Source of the DNA: an uncultured Oscillospiraceae bacterium
GTDB taxonomy: Bacteria; Bacillota; Clostridia; Oscillospirales; CAG-382
NCBI GenBank assembly: GCA_964485815.1
Contig: CAZAJX010000002.1
Coordinates: 3,659 to 67,658, forward strand
Length of the DNA: 64,000 nt
Reading direction: 5' to 3'
Shown: positions 45,269 to 54,632 of the stretch, piece after piece
Position numbering within the stretch: the first letter of the stretch is position 1
Layout of the letters: each line of letters starts with the position of its first letter
Notes under the pieces: model-generated
Told to the model about the DNA's origin: nothing
The model's input: only the letters and a program-made list of their open reading frames with translations
The model's database searches: none
Translations under genes and position numbers: made by a program

Positions 45269-47671
45269 ATGAAAAAAACACTGATTTTCTTTTTAGCTAT
45301 AACTATAATTTTAACGGGACTAAACACCGTTACACTTGCCGATAACGGCGGAACCGAAATCAAATTCAATGAATACAACGCGTTGCTTTCTTCTACCGGA
45401 ATAGCCGTATTCGATTCAGCCTACGGAGCGAAAAACACGGGAACAGACGAAAATTATTATGAAGTTATCGTTGCTGACGGCGCGGTTACGTCTGTTGGCT
45501 GTAACGACAGTGAAATTCCCGAAAACGGCTTCGTTATAGCCGCAAAAGGCGAAAGATACAAAAACAAGCTCGCTGAAATTATTACCGGTGATTATTGTAT
45601 TGTTGATCATGCAGCATCCGTAATTCTGATTATCGGAGAAAATTATGATCCCTTCTATGAAAAGACAGTTTCTTTCGATAAATATAATTCTATCCGTACC
45701 GCAAATACTATTGTGATATATAACAAGGGTGAAACCACCGAAACCAATATCTGGGGTAACGAAGTATGCGTTGATAAAAACGGATACGTTATCTCTATCG
45801 GCGGTAATGACAACAAAATTCCCGAGGGTGGATTTGTTATCAGCGCAGTAGGTGCCGACCGTATCGCAGAGCTTAACGATGCGGCTGAAATAGGATTACA
45901 AGTGAAGATAGATGACGGCAAGAAGACGATCACCTTTGCATACAATCCCGAAAGTGTAAAAGCCGCAGTAAAGATAAAATTGGATGACGCTGTACTGCAG
46001 CTTGAAGCCGCTGACCGAGAGTACCGTCTTATTGATTACAAAGCCGCGGAAGAGCGTATCGAAGCATTAAAAAAGTACTATAACGACGTTTGTGCGAGCG
46101 TTGAAAATAACGAAACCGCAAAAGCTATTGTATCCGCAAACAATTTTGATAAATATTATGATACGTTGTATCTTTTGTTAGAAGAATCACCTGCGGTTGA
46201 AGGTAGAGCGCTGTGGCTCCGTCCTTCAGGACTCACCGATGCTGCGGCAGTCGCCGCGCGGGTTGCCGAGATAAAGGCTATGGGCTTTAATATAATTTGT
46301 CTTGAGCTGTTCTATGACAGCACCTTCATATGCCCCATGCCCGAGGACGGATATTTTATACAAAATCCCTCGCTTAAAGGATTCGATCTTTTGCAGGCGT
46401 TCATTGACGAATGTGCAAAGCAAGGCATGGAGCTTCAGGGATGGCTTCCCGTTTACCGTGTCAGTTATGGCACAAGCACTTATTACGAGCAAAGTCTTGC
46501 CGTCCAAAAGCCCGAATGGCTGTGTATGAACAAAAAAGGTGAAAATTTTGTATACAACGAATACGGAAACGGATATTTTATAGATCCTGCCAACCAAGAA
46601 GCAACCGATTATTTGTTGTCCGTGTACGAACATCTACTTAAAACATACCGCCTTGACGGCTTGCAACTGGATTATATACGCTATCCTATCGCCACGGGAG
46701 AGGATTTCGGCTATACCGAAACTGCAAGAAACGAATTCAAAAAGCAATACGGTACAGACCCTGTTGACATTCCCGTTGGCGGAAAGTTGTGGACAGAATG
46801 GGTTGAATACCGAAACGGACACGTTACGACCCTCGTGAAAAAGATAGTCGCAACAGTAAACGATCTTTCTCCTATGACCACCGTTTCCTGCGACGTTGCT
46901 CCCAATCTTACCGACAGCGCAACCTCCCATCTGCAAAACGCAAAGCTTTGGATGAACGAGGGCTTGATAAACATTGCATATCCGATGGCGTACGGCACAA
47001 ACGTTGTTGAGATGTACGCAGGTTATACTGTCGAAGCCTGTGGGGATAAAGTGTTTGCTTATATAGGTGTAGGCGATTACGGGGCGGACATTTTTATCGA
47101 ACAAATCCGTCAAAGCAGAAAAGCGGGAGCCGACGGTTTTGCATTTTTCGCATATTCTCAATACGTTTCCGGCAACTACGGAAGCAAGATCGCTTCGACG
47201 ATTTTGAATAAATCCGCACTTTCTCCCACATACAACTGCAAAGCCGCCGCGGCAGCGCAGTTGAACACCGTTATTTCAAGACTTGAGTTAATGAAGGACG
47301 TTGTTGACGCCACGGAATTAAAAGCTTATACAGATAAAATCAGCGGGCTTCTTACCGCGCTTGAAAGTGAAAAGCTTTCCGAAAACGCCGATGAGATCAT
47401 CGCGCTCTGCGATAACTTCCCCGAGCCTTCCGATATAACCGCCGCCTCGGTGCTTGAGAGCGATCTTAAAACGCTGAAAAAGATCGTTTTAAATAACAAA
47501 GACGATTACCGCACCTTTACGGTTAACAATGAAAACTCCGTAACAGACAGCGATAACGCTGCAGTAAGCGGTTTCCCCGCGTGGGGCTATGCAGTTTACG
47601 GGGTGATCGCGCTTGCAATTATCGGCGCAGTTATTGTTATTGCAGACAGGAAAAAGAAAAACACCAAATAA
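45269..47671 (+). CDS. Surface-anchored glycoside hydrolase-like family 10 (GHL10/DUF187, YngK-like) protein
   Basis: Signal peptide, then a duplicated N-terminal module (IPENGFVIAAKG / IPEGGFVISAVG). The GHL10 core includes RALWLRP...GFNIICLE...DGLQLDYIRYP. The C-terminus is a TM helix plus DRKKKNTK. Confidence 0.75.
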   Translation: MKKTLIFFLAITIILTGLNTVTLADNGGTEIKFNEYNALLSSTGIAVFDSAYGAKNTGTDENYYEVIVADGAVTSVGCNDSEIPENGFVIAAKGERYKNKLAEIITGDYCIVDHAASVILIIGENYDPFYEKTVSFDKYNSIRTANTIVIYNKGETTETNIWGNEVCVDKNGYVISIGGNDNKIPEGGFVISAVGADRIAELNDAAEIGLQVKIDDGKKTITFAYNPESVKAAVKIKLDDAVLQLEAADREYRLIDYKAAEERIEALKKYYNDVCASVENNETAKAIVSANNFDKYYDTLYLLLEESPAVEGRALWLRPSGLTDAAAVAARVAEIKAMGFNIICLELFYDSTFICPMPEDGYFIQNPSLKGFDLLQAFIDECAKQGMELQGWLPVYRVSYGTSTYYEQSLAVQKPEWLCMNKKGENFVYNEYGNGYFIDPANQEATDYLLSVYEHLLKTYRLDGLQLDYIRYPIATGEDFGYTETARNEFKKQYGTDPVDIPVGGKLWTEWVEYRNGHVTTLVKKIVATVNDLSPMTTVSCDVAPNLTDSATSHLQNAKLWMNEGLINIAYPMAYGTNVVEMYAGYTVEACGDKVFAYIGVGDYGADIFIEQIRQSRKAGADGFAFFAYSQYVSGNYGSKIASTILNKSALSPTYNCKAAAAAQLNTVISRLELMKDVVDATELKAYTDKISGLLTALESEKLSENADEIIALCDNFPEPSDITAASVLESDLKTLKKIVLNNKDDYRTFTVNNENSVTDSDNAAVSGFPAWGYAVYGVIALAIIGAVIVIADRKKKNTK

Positions 47672-47685
47672 TATTTAACTTCACC

Positions 47686-47717
47686 AAAAAAGAGTGGATT
47701 TTTCCACTCTTTTTTTC
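47686..47717. terminator. Bidirectional terminator
   Basis: Stem AGAGTGGA/TCCACTCT (47691-47698/47703-47710), with an A-run before and TTTTTT after. Confidence 0.8.
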
Positions 47718-47729
47718 AATATTATATTC

Positions 47730-47924
47730 TTATTTTAAAAAAATTTTAATTCCTTTAAGGCGCATAAAGTGGTTGGATAACCGTATTTCTTTACCGCCTG
47801 CATCAAAAAGATTGGTATATCCGTAGGTTTCAACGTATTTTGCTTCGGTTTCGGTGCCGTCCGACCAACGGATGATCACGGTTTCGCCCCCATCAAGAAC
47901 AAGAGGACCGACAAGTCTGCTCAT
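47730..47924 (-). CDS. Small hypothetical protein (64 aa)
   Basis: ORF MSRLVGPLVLDGGETVIIRWSDGTETEAKYVE..., with a weak SD GGGAAG 11 nt upstream. A possible TTATCA-N17-TATAAT promoter lies at 47997-47969. No family recognised. Confidence 0.35.
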   Translation of the reverse strand: MSRLVGPLVLDGGETVIIRWSDGTETEAKYVETYGYTNLFDAGGKEIRLSNHFMRLKGIKIFLK

Positions 47925-47975
47925 ATTGAGTATCACTTCCCTTTTTCCGGAGATAATATATCCGGGTGATTATAA

Positions 47976-48692
47976 TTGAAAAAATATACTTTGATAAGTT
48001 TAATCGGCTTTACCGCAGCCGCAATCTGTTTTACAACAACTGCCGTGGTCAACAAGCGGGACGGCGCAAAAGGAGAAGAATATCGATATACGGTGAATAT
48101 CAACAACGCATCCGGTAAAAGCTACGATATCTACGGCGGAATGATGGAAAATCTGGCGAGTAAATATTCCGATATATGCGGTTGGATAAACGTTGAAAAA
48201 ACGAAGATAAGTTATCCTTTGCTGTTAACTACCGATAATGAATATTACGTCAGAAAAGCTTATGACGGCTCCTATGATAAAAACGGTTCGATAATCGTTG
48301 ATTACCGCCTGAAAAGCGATCTTACCGAAAACAGAAATATAATTCTGTACGGCCATAATATGGCATCGGGAAATATGTTTGCATACCTTGCAAACCCCGA
48401 AAGGTTTATAAATGCGGAGATAGAAATATATTCAAACGGTAAACTGGCAATATACAAGCCCTATTCCGCATATATCGAAGGCGGAAACGAATTTATAAAA
48501 ACCGTTTTTCACAGCGAGGACGAGCTGAACAGCTACGTTGAAACGGGAAAAAGCAAATCAATGATCGATTTCGGCGTTACACCCGGAGAATCGCCTTATC
48601 TGCTTACGATGATAACCTGCGAAAGCAATTTCGGGCTGGGAGATAAGAGAATAGTTATTCATGCGGTACTAACCGAGATGATTTCTCCTTGA
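47976..48692 (+). CDS. srtB: Class B sortase
   Basis: N-terminal signal anchor, ICGWINVEKTKISYPLL, ILYGHNM, and the catalytic Cys in LLTMITCE. TTG start with GGGTGA 6 nt upstream. Confidence 0.85.
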   Translation: MKKYTLISLIGFTAAAICFTTTAVVNKRDGAKGEEYRYTVNINNASGKSYDIYGGMMENLASKYSDICGWINVEKTKISYPLLLTTDNEYYVRKAYDGSYDKNGSIIVDYRLKSDLTENRNIILYGHNMASGNMFAYLANPERFINAEIEIYSNGKLAIYKPYSAYIEGGNEFIKTVFHSEDELNSYVETGKSKSMIDFGVTPGESPYLLTMITCESNFGLGDKRIVIHAVLTEMISP

Positions 48693-49689
48693 CACGGGAT
48701 GTAAGCTCCTTTATGCCGATAATTGCCAATCCGAAAACGATGGAAGCGGCCGTTGCGGCGAAAAACTCTTCGTTATAGCTTAATTCGGAAAAGAGATACA
48801 GGAAAAACGTATGTGAAAAGTATATATATGTGGATAATCCACGCAGTATTTTAAAAGGCTTGCTTGGCAAACGGGACAAAAGCTTGGTATTAACCGATAT
48901 CCAGAACAGGAAAAGAGCCGCAAAGAATACGGATATATACATTCCCATTCCCTTTGATGTGATCGCAAATTCTTCTATTATAAGTACTTCCGCCACCATG
49001 CCAAGGGAAGAAAGAGCAAATCCCAGCCAAGCAACCGGCTGTTTAAGCTTTAATGAATGGGTTGCAAGTAAGGCGCCCAAGGCAACATAGATGAATCCGA
49101 AGAAGATGCCGTTACGTGTCGTACCGAATACGGTATAATAATCCTTTGCGTATTCGGAAATGAATTCAAAATTAATAAGCGGTTTATAGAATGAATGGAA
49201 TGCACAGCCGATGATATACAAGGGTACGGAGATAGCAAAGATAAGTTTTGTGGACATTCCCGCCCGGAAAAGACCGTACACGAGCAAAACCGCAAAAACC
49301 AAAGCAGGCAAAAACCAAAGCTGACGGTAGCTTCCTTCGAAGAATATAAGTTTGATCCACTTCGTGAGAGATACCTTACCTTTGTTCCAGTTAATAATTG
49401 CGGGTATGTATATCAAAGTGCAAGCGGCGTACAGAAGTGTCATTCTGGTAGCGTATTTCGCAACACGCTTACCAAAGTTGTTGTCGGTTGAATGCCTGAA
49501 CAAAAAGAACGCTGCGGCTGTAAAAAAGAAGGGAACCGCAATACGGCCGATAACATCGGAAATAAGCATATCAGCTACAGCGTTTCCGCGCATAAAATGA
49601 GCGTGGATAGCTACAACGAATATACTCATTATAAATTTGACTAAATCGGTAAAATTACTACTTTGTGATGAAGGATCATTCTGTTTCAT
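48655..49689 (-). CDS. Acyltransferase family 3 (membrane O-acyltransferase)
   Basis: ~10 TM segments with the N-terminal block FIMSIFVVAIHA. ATG 49689 overlaps the upstream stop (ATGAAACAGAATGA). The 3' end overlaps convergent srtB by 38 nt. Confidence 0.65.
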   Translation of the reverse strand: MKQNDPSSQSSNFTDLVKFIMSIFVVAIHAHFMRGNAVADMLISDVIGRIAVPFFFTAAAFFLFRHSTDNNFGKRVAKYATRMTLLYAACTLIYIPAIINWNKGKVSLTKWIKLIFFEGSYRQLWFLPALVFAVLLVYGLFRAGMSTKLIFAISVPLYIIGCAFHSFYKPLINFEFISEYAKDYYTVFGTTRNGIFFGFIYVALGALLATHSLKLKQPVAWLGFALSSLGMVAEVLIIEEFAITSKGMGMYISVFFAALFLFWISVNTKLLSRLPSKPFKILRGLSTYIYFSHTFFLYLFSELSYNEEFFAATAASIVFGLAIIGIKELTSRVKEKSSRLVPHE

Positions 49690-50752
49690 TTGTTGCTCCG
49701 TAATAATCTGAATATAGTTTAATACAATCGTTAATGGGATCATATTTTGCGCCGCCGACTGTTACGACGATGTACTTTTCACCGTTTTGTCCCATAGCCA
49801 TACTTGCAAGACAATGCCTTGTTTCTACAAGATAACCGGTCTTTCCGCCGAGGACTGTCATATTGGGAACGGAATCGTTATCGATTCTTGTAAACATAGT
49901 ACTGAAAAAATAATATCCATCTGAGTTCTTCGGAGTAGGAGGCGTTGTATACTCTGCCGTAGATAATATCTCACGCGCAAGAGGAATTGACATGGCATAA
50001 TCCAGCATAAGAGCAATATCGCCCAAGGTGGAGTAATTTGAAACATCATACAAGCCGCTTGTGTTGGTAAAATGAGAATCAACACAACCGATCTCTTTGG
50101 CAGTTTCGTTCATAAGCTCAACGTAAGCTTCTTCGCCGCCTGCAACTATATCTGCTATTGCGGCAGTTGCATCTGCCGCCGAAAGTAAAATTGCACCGTA
50201 CAGCAGATCCTTGAAAGTAACGGTATCTCCTGCGGAAATGCCGGACATACTTGCTCCCGCCAAATAGTATTTATTTATAAGACGGTAATCCATTACGTAT
50301 TCGAAATCAACATCCACACCGCTTTGGACTGCAACGATAAGTGTCATTATCTTTGTCATGGAAGCGGGATAAATGCGCTGAAGATGGTTTTTCCCACCAA
50401 GCACCTGCCGTGTTGTAGCATTCACAATAATACCGTAATCCGAGCTTATAACGCTTGACAGATTATCAACCTTACCGTATATCCAAGGTGTGGGAAGGGC
50501 GATAACCGGAGTTTCGGATTCTTCTGCTTCCTCGCTGACAATATCCTCTGCGGATTCTTCTGAGAGTGATTCCTGAGGCGAGCTCACTGTATCATTAACG
50601 GTATCCTTTTTGAAAACGTTTATCAGTGTTGAAATAACGATAACCGCAACAAGCACAGCCGACAGTATCCGTACGATGGGTATGCTCCAAATCAGCTTAA
50701 GCTTTTTTATGACAGCCGAAAACGCAGGATTATCAAAAAAACTTTTTTTCAT
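49676..50752 (-). CDS. D-alanyl-D-alanine carboxypeptidase (S11 penicillin-binding protein), membrane anchored
   Basis: SxxK block PASMTK and KTG block GGKTGY. AAGGA lies 7 nt before ATG 50752, so the track start 50809 was trimmed. Confidence 0.85.
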   Translation of the reverse strand: MKKSFFDNPAFSAVIKKLKLIWSIPIVRILSAVLVAVIVISTLINVFKKDTVNDTVSSPQESLSEESAEDIVSEEAEESETPVIALPTPWIYGKVDNLSSVISSDYGIIVNATTRQVLGGKNHLQRIYPASMTKIMTLIVAVQSGVDVDFEYVMDYRLINKYYLAGASMSGISAGDTVTFKDLLYGAILLSAADATAAIADIVAGGEEAYVELMNETAKEIGCVDSHFTNTSGLYDVSNYSTLGDIALMLDYAMSIPLAREILSTAEYTTPPTPKNSDGYYFFSTMFTRIDNDSVPNMTVLGGKTGYLVETRHCLASMAMGQNGEKYIVVTVGGAKYDPINDCIKLYSDYYGATNETE

Positions 50753-50878
50753 ATAACTGTCCTTAAAAGATTTATAGTTCATTATACAACAAAATATTGC
50801 TTTTTTCAATACCTTGACAAAAAGGTGAAAAATATGTTAGACTCTGTTCGTAATTTTAATTAAAAGGCAGAGAGAAGT

Positions 50879-52618
50879 ATGAGCGTTTTAACTTTTGACA
50901 GCACATCTTTTTATAAAAACGGCGTTAAGCACCGTATATTATCAGGCGCAATGCACTATTTTCGCATACCGCGAGAATACTGGAAAGACAGACTTGAAAA
51001 ACTGCGTCAATGCGGTTTTAATACTGTTGAAACCTATGTGTGCTGGAACCTTCACGAACCTGAAGAAGGCGTTTTTGACTTTACGGGAAACCTTGATCTC
51101 GGCGCATACATAGACGTTGCCAAGGAAGTAGGTCTGGATGTATATCTCCGTCCGGGACCTTACATATGTGCAGAATGGGAATTCGGAGGACTCCCCTATT
51201 GGCTTCATAAATATCCGAATATATCTTTGCGCTGTTACGATAAACTTTATCTCAAAAAGGTCACGCCTTATCTTGAAAAAGTATTTGATATTGCCCGCCC
51301 GAGAATGGCTGAAAACGGCGGCAATATTATAATGATGCAGATAGAAAACGAATACGGATCATACGGTAATGATAAAAAATACCTGAATTGGGTAAAAGAA
51401 AAATATATCGAATACGGCGCAACCTGTCTTCTCTGTACCTCCGATGGACCTTCTTATTGGATGCTCAAGGGCGGCGCGGTAGATAACGTGCTTGCCACCG
51501 TCAACTTCGGTTCAAATCCCGAAGGAGCTTTCGCGACTCTTAAAGAGTTTCGTTCCGAACAGCCTCCTATGTGCAGTGAATTCTGGTGTGGCTGGTTCGA
51601 ACATTGGGGAGATCAAAGACACGCCAGAAGCGCAGATGATGTGGCTGATAACTACGACAGGCTGTTAAAGCAAGGCGGCAGTATAAACTTTTATATGTTC
51701 CATGGCGGCACTAATTTCGGATTTATGAACGGCGCTAACCATCAGGAAAAATACGAGCCTACCGTTACGAGTTACGATTATTACGCTCCCCTTTCCGAAG
51801 CGGGTGATTTAACGGAATGCTATTATAAGCTTCGTGAGGTAAATGAAAAACATTTCGGTACTCTGCCTCCCCTCACGGTCAGAAATACCGTTAAAAAGGC
51901 TTACGGCGCGTTGGAGATGCACTCTTGCGGCGATCTTTGGAATAATCTTGATACCATTTCCCGCAAAATTTCCTCCGCATCGCCGAAATATATGGAAGAT
52001 ATAGGTCAGGATTACGGATACACGCTTTACCGCACGGTAATTAAAGGTCCGTTTTACAATCAGCCTCTCACAATGCCCGGTATGCGGGACAGAGCGATTG
52101 TTTATCTGGACGGAAAACGTATCGGATTGGTTGAAAACGGATACGCCTTTGATGATATACGGCTTGACGATCATTCCAACGGATTATATTCTCTTGATAT
52201 TCTTACCGAGAATATGGGCAGAGTAAATTACGGTATGAACGTGGGTGACAAAAAAGGTCTTAATAAGGTTATGCTGGATCTGCAGCATTTGTTCGATTGG
52301 GAAATATACCCTCTCGATATGCGAGATCTTAATAATCTTGAGAACAACGGAACTTCTTTACCTGCGTTTTTTAAGGGCGAGCTTGTTATTGATGACGAGC
52401 CCTGTGATACCTTCCTTAAGCCAAGCGGCTTTTCTCACGGCTTTATTACCGTAAACGGAAAGAATATCGGAAGATATTACAACGAAAGAGGACCGCAAAA
52501 GACTTTGTACGTCCCTGCCCCTTTCCTTAAAAAGGGCAAAAACGAGATCGTTGTTTTTGAAACCGATTCCGTATGCGACGGAATGATCGAATTTACCGAT
52601 ACATACGATTTAGGATAA
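50879..52618 (+). CDS. Beta-galactosidase, glycoside hydrolase family 35, cytoplasmic
   Basis: SGAMHYFRIPREYWKDRLEKLRQCGFNTVETYVCWNLHEP and QIENEYG blocks, no signal peptide. Confidence 0.9.
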   Translation: MSVLTFDSTSFYKNGVKHRILSGAMHYFRIPREYWKDRLEKLRQCGFNTVETYVCWNLHEPEEGVFDFTGNLDLGAYIDVAKEVGLDVYLRPGPYICAEWEFGGLPYWLHKYPNISLRCYDKLYLKKVTPYLEKVFDIARPRMAENGGNIIMMQIENEYGSYGNDKKYLNWVKEKYIEYGATCLLCTSDGPSYWMLKGGAVDNVLATVNFGSNPEGAFATLKEFRSEQPPMCSEFWCGWFEHWGDQRHARSADDVADNYDRLLKQGGSINFYMFHGGTNFGFMNGANHQEKYEPTVTSYDYYAPLSEAGDLTECYYKLREVNEKHFGTLPPLTVRNTVKKAYGALEMHSCGDLWNNLDTISRKISSASPKYMEDIGQDYGYTLYRTVIKGPFYNQPLTMPGMRDRAIVYLDGKRIGLVENGYAFDDIRLDDHSNGLYSLDILTENMGRVNYGMNVGDKKGLNKVMLDLQHLFDWEIYPLDMRDLNNLENNGTSLPAFFKGELVIDDEPCDTFLKPSGFSHGFITVNGKNIGRYYNERGPQKTLYVPAPFLKKGKNEIVVFETDSVCDGMIEFTDTYDLG

Positions 52619-52641
52619 ATCACCCCGAGGAAAAATTAAAC

Positions 52642-52936
52642 GCCTTGCACGAGCAAGGCATTTCAGAGCGAAGACAAAGTCGGTCTTTACGTGCTTGAAA
52701 AGAAAGAAAAAGAATAGCCAAAAGAAAAAAGTATGCTTTTTTGAAAACGGAAGCATACTTTTCTTTTTATATAAGGAACAAAAAATATTGATTTTTTCAA
52801 GCACTTTCACGAAAAGCTCGACTACCGCAGATTACTACGCCTACGCTCGCTTTTCGTGAAAAATACCTGCCTTTGTCCCACTCTGCCCAACCTGCAGACT
52901 TTGTCTGCAGGTTGAAATGCCTTGCACGAGCAAGGC
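52642..52936. repeat. Hairpin-dense imperfect palindrome bracketed by two copies of the hairpin GCCTTGC-ACGA-GCAAGGC
   Basis: Identical 18-nt hairpins plus CATTT lie at 52642-52664 and 52919-52941. Long-range inverted pairs are GACAAAGTC (52673-52681)/GACTTTGTC (52897-52905) and GTGCTTGAAAA (52691-52701)/TTTTCAAGCAC (52793-52803). Internal hairpins lie at 52727-52762 (12 bp), 52808-52858 (10 bp) and 52889-52913 (11 bp). Confidence 0.75.
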
Positions 52937-52948
52937 ATTTTTTGCATT

Positions 52949-54514
52949 TCAGAGAGATGAAGTTCCGAAAAATGATGCACGATTGGGAATTACAACGCCT
53001 TCGGGGCTGAAGGTCTGGGTGGATTCTTCTTTAAACGTTACGGTTTCGCCCTCGATAACGAATTTTGCGTCGATCTTAACGGAGTGAGAAATAAAGCAAT
53101 GAGTTTCCGTATCAACAACAACGGTTACTTTTGCTTCTTTTATATCGGCGCTGTCAGCGTACGCGAACAAGCCGTAATACTCTTCACCGTAGATCTGATA
53201 TACGTAAATATCAACAAATTCGGTTGCCATTTCGTCCTTAAGTGTATAAGTGAACGTTGCGGTTCCGTCACCGTTATCGGTGTAATTAAAATCTTTTCCG
53301 TAGGAAAGATCAATATCGTAGCACACCCATTCATCATAAACGAGTTTGGGAAGAAGGTTGTACTCAATGCTATCAACGGCGGAATCAAGAATCTTATAAT
53401 AGATCTTGCCGTCCTCAAAATAATAACGGTATTTATAAGCAGTGCCGTCGATAATGATATCGTAAAACATAGCGTACTTGTTCAGATCGACGCCATCGTA
53501 GTTCATATCGATATCAAAGGTAACGTCATCGTTAAATCCGTATCCGTTTACCTTGTATTTTCTTACTACCTCACCTTTATAGTACTCCTGAGCCTTCACA
53601 TACTCGTGAGATAATGAGGCATACATAGCTTCTACTCCGCCAACGTGAGTATAACCTGTATCAAGAATAACGACGCTTACGTTTTCATTAATATTGGAAA
53701 CTGCGGAAACAGCTTGAATAGTAATGTCAATGGTCTGATCCATAGATTCCATTACGAAGACAAACGAAAGATCTTCGGAAATCAGATATCCTTCAGAGTT
53801 AACGATCACTTTATAATCACAAGTGATCTCTTCATCCTGTTTGATGTACTCACCATCGCTACCCATATACTCAGCAAACAGATCGTAAGGCAACGTGCCC
53901 GAAAACGTTAACTCGTAGCTGCCGTCATCCATAGGAGTAACCGTGCAGTTTTCATATATATAGTCTTGAAAAGACTCGTCATCATCTTCGGAGTAAGATT
54001 CGAAAATAACTATTTTAACGTATTCTTCAAATTCGTCCTCAGTGCAATCAAATGAAAGCCGAACATTGTTTGAATTTGAATAGCCTTTTCCGTTTTTATA
54101 ATAAAAGTTTCCGTTACCGTTGTCGGACGTGAAGGAATAGCTCAACATTGCATCTTCGGTACCCAGCGCGTTTCCTTTACTGCGGTAAGAGATAGACTGC
54201 GTGGAAACATTACCGTTACCGAGATCCATCACGTAAGACTGCTCTGAATCCTGGATATAGGAACTCGCTTCTTGAGCTTTCATATCAGCATACTCGACGA
54301 TCTCTTTGGCAGTCATAGAAGCCATAGGATTCTCCTGAACAAACTCGGAAGCTTCGTCGGAAACCTCGGGAGCTGATTCATCGCTTATCTCAGCAGATAT
54401 ATCGGTACTCATATCACTTTCCTCTACAGGAGTGCTGACACTCGGACCGAATACGCAGGAAGATACGAGAACAGTAATTAATAAAATACAAATAAACAGT
54501 GATAAATTTTTCAT
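52949..54514 (-). CDS. Lipoprotein of unknown function (521 aa)
   Basis: SD AGGAGG. The signal peptide ends LVSS-C. An acidic linker is followed by a Tyr/Asp-rich beta-type sequence. No family recognised. Confidence 0.7.
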   Translation of the reverse strand: MKNLSLFICILLITVLVSSCVFGPSVSTPVEESDMSTDISAEISDESAPEVSDEASEFVQENPMASMTAKEIVEYADMKAQEASSYIQDSEQSYVMDLGNGNVSTQSISYRSKGNALGTEDAMLSYSFTSDNGNGNFYYKNGKGYSNSNNVRLSFDCTEDEFEEYVKIVIFESYSEDDDESFQDYIYENCTVTPMDDGSYELTFSGTLPYDLFAEYMGSDGEYIKQDEEITCDYKVIVNSEGYLISEDLSFVFVMESMDQTIDITIQAVSAVSNINENVSVVILDTGYTHVGGVEAMYASLSHEYVKAQEYYKGEVVRKYKVNGYGFNDDVTFDIDMNYDGVDLNKYAMFYDIIIDGTAYKYRYYFEDGKIYYKILDSAVDSIEYNLLPKLVYDEWVCYDIDLSYGKDFNYTDNGDGTATFTYTLKDEMATEFVDIYVYQIYGEEYYGLFAYADSADIKEAKVTVVVDTETHCFISHSVKIDAKFVIEGETVTFKEESTQTFSPEGVVIPNRASFFGTSSL

Positions 54515-54574
54515 AGCTTATCCTCCTTTTTCTATTATATTATAACAATAATCGAACAACTTGTCAACACTATA

Positions 54575-54603
54575 TTGATTTGAACAAAAATTAGTGCTAA
54601 AAT
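54575..54603 (+). promoter_or_regulatory. Sigma-A type promoter of the MATE gene
   Basis: TTGATT (54575-54580), 17-nt spacer, TAAAAT (54598-54603), preceded by TGC. Confidence 0.45.
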
Positions 54604-54632
54604 ACATAGGAAACTGAAAAGCGGTGAATAAA

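Noticed and set aside
52610-52810. 66-aa minus-strand ORF in the GH35/lipoprotein spacer
   Set aside because: Its sequence is low-complexity Phe/Lys-rich. It is cut through by several strong hairpins, including a bidirectional terminator, it has no SD, and it overlaps the GH35 stop. The region is better explained as structured non-coding DNA.
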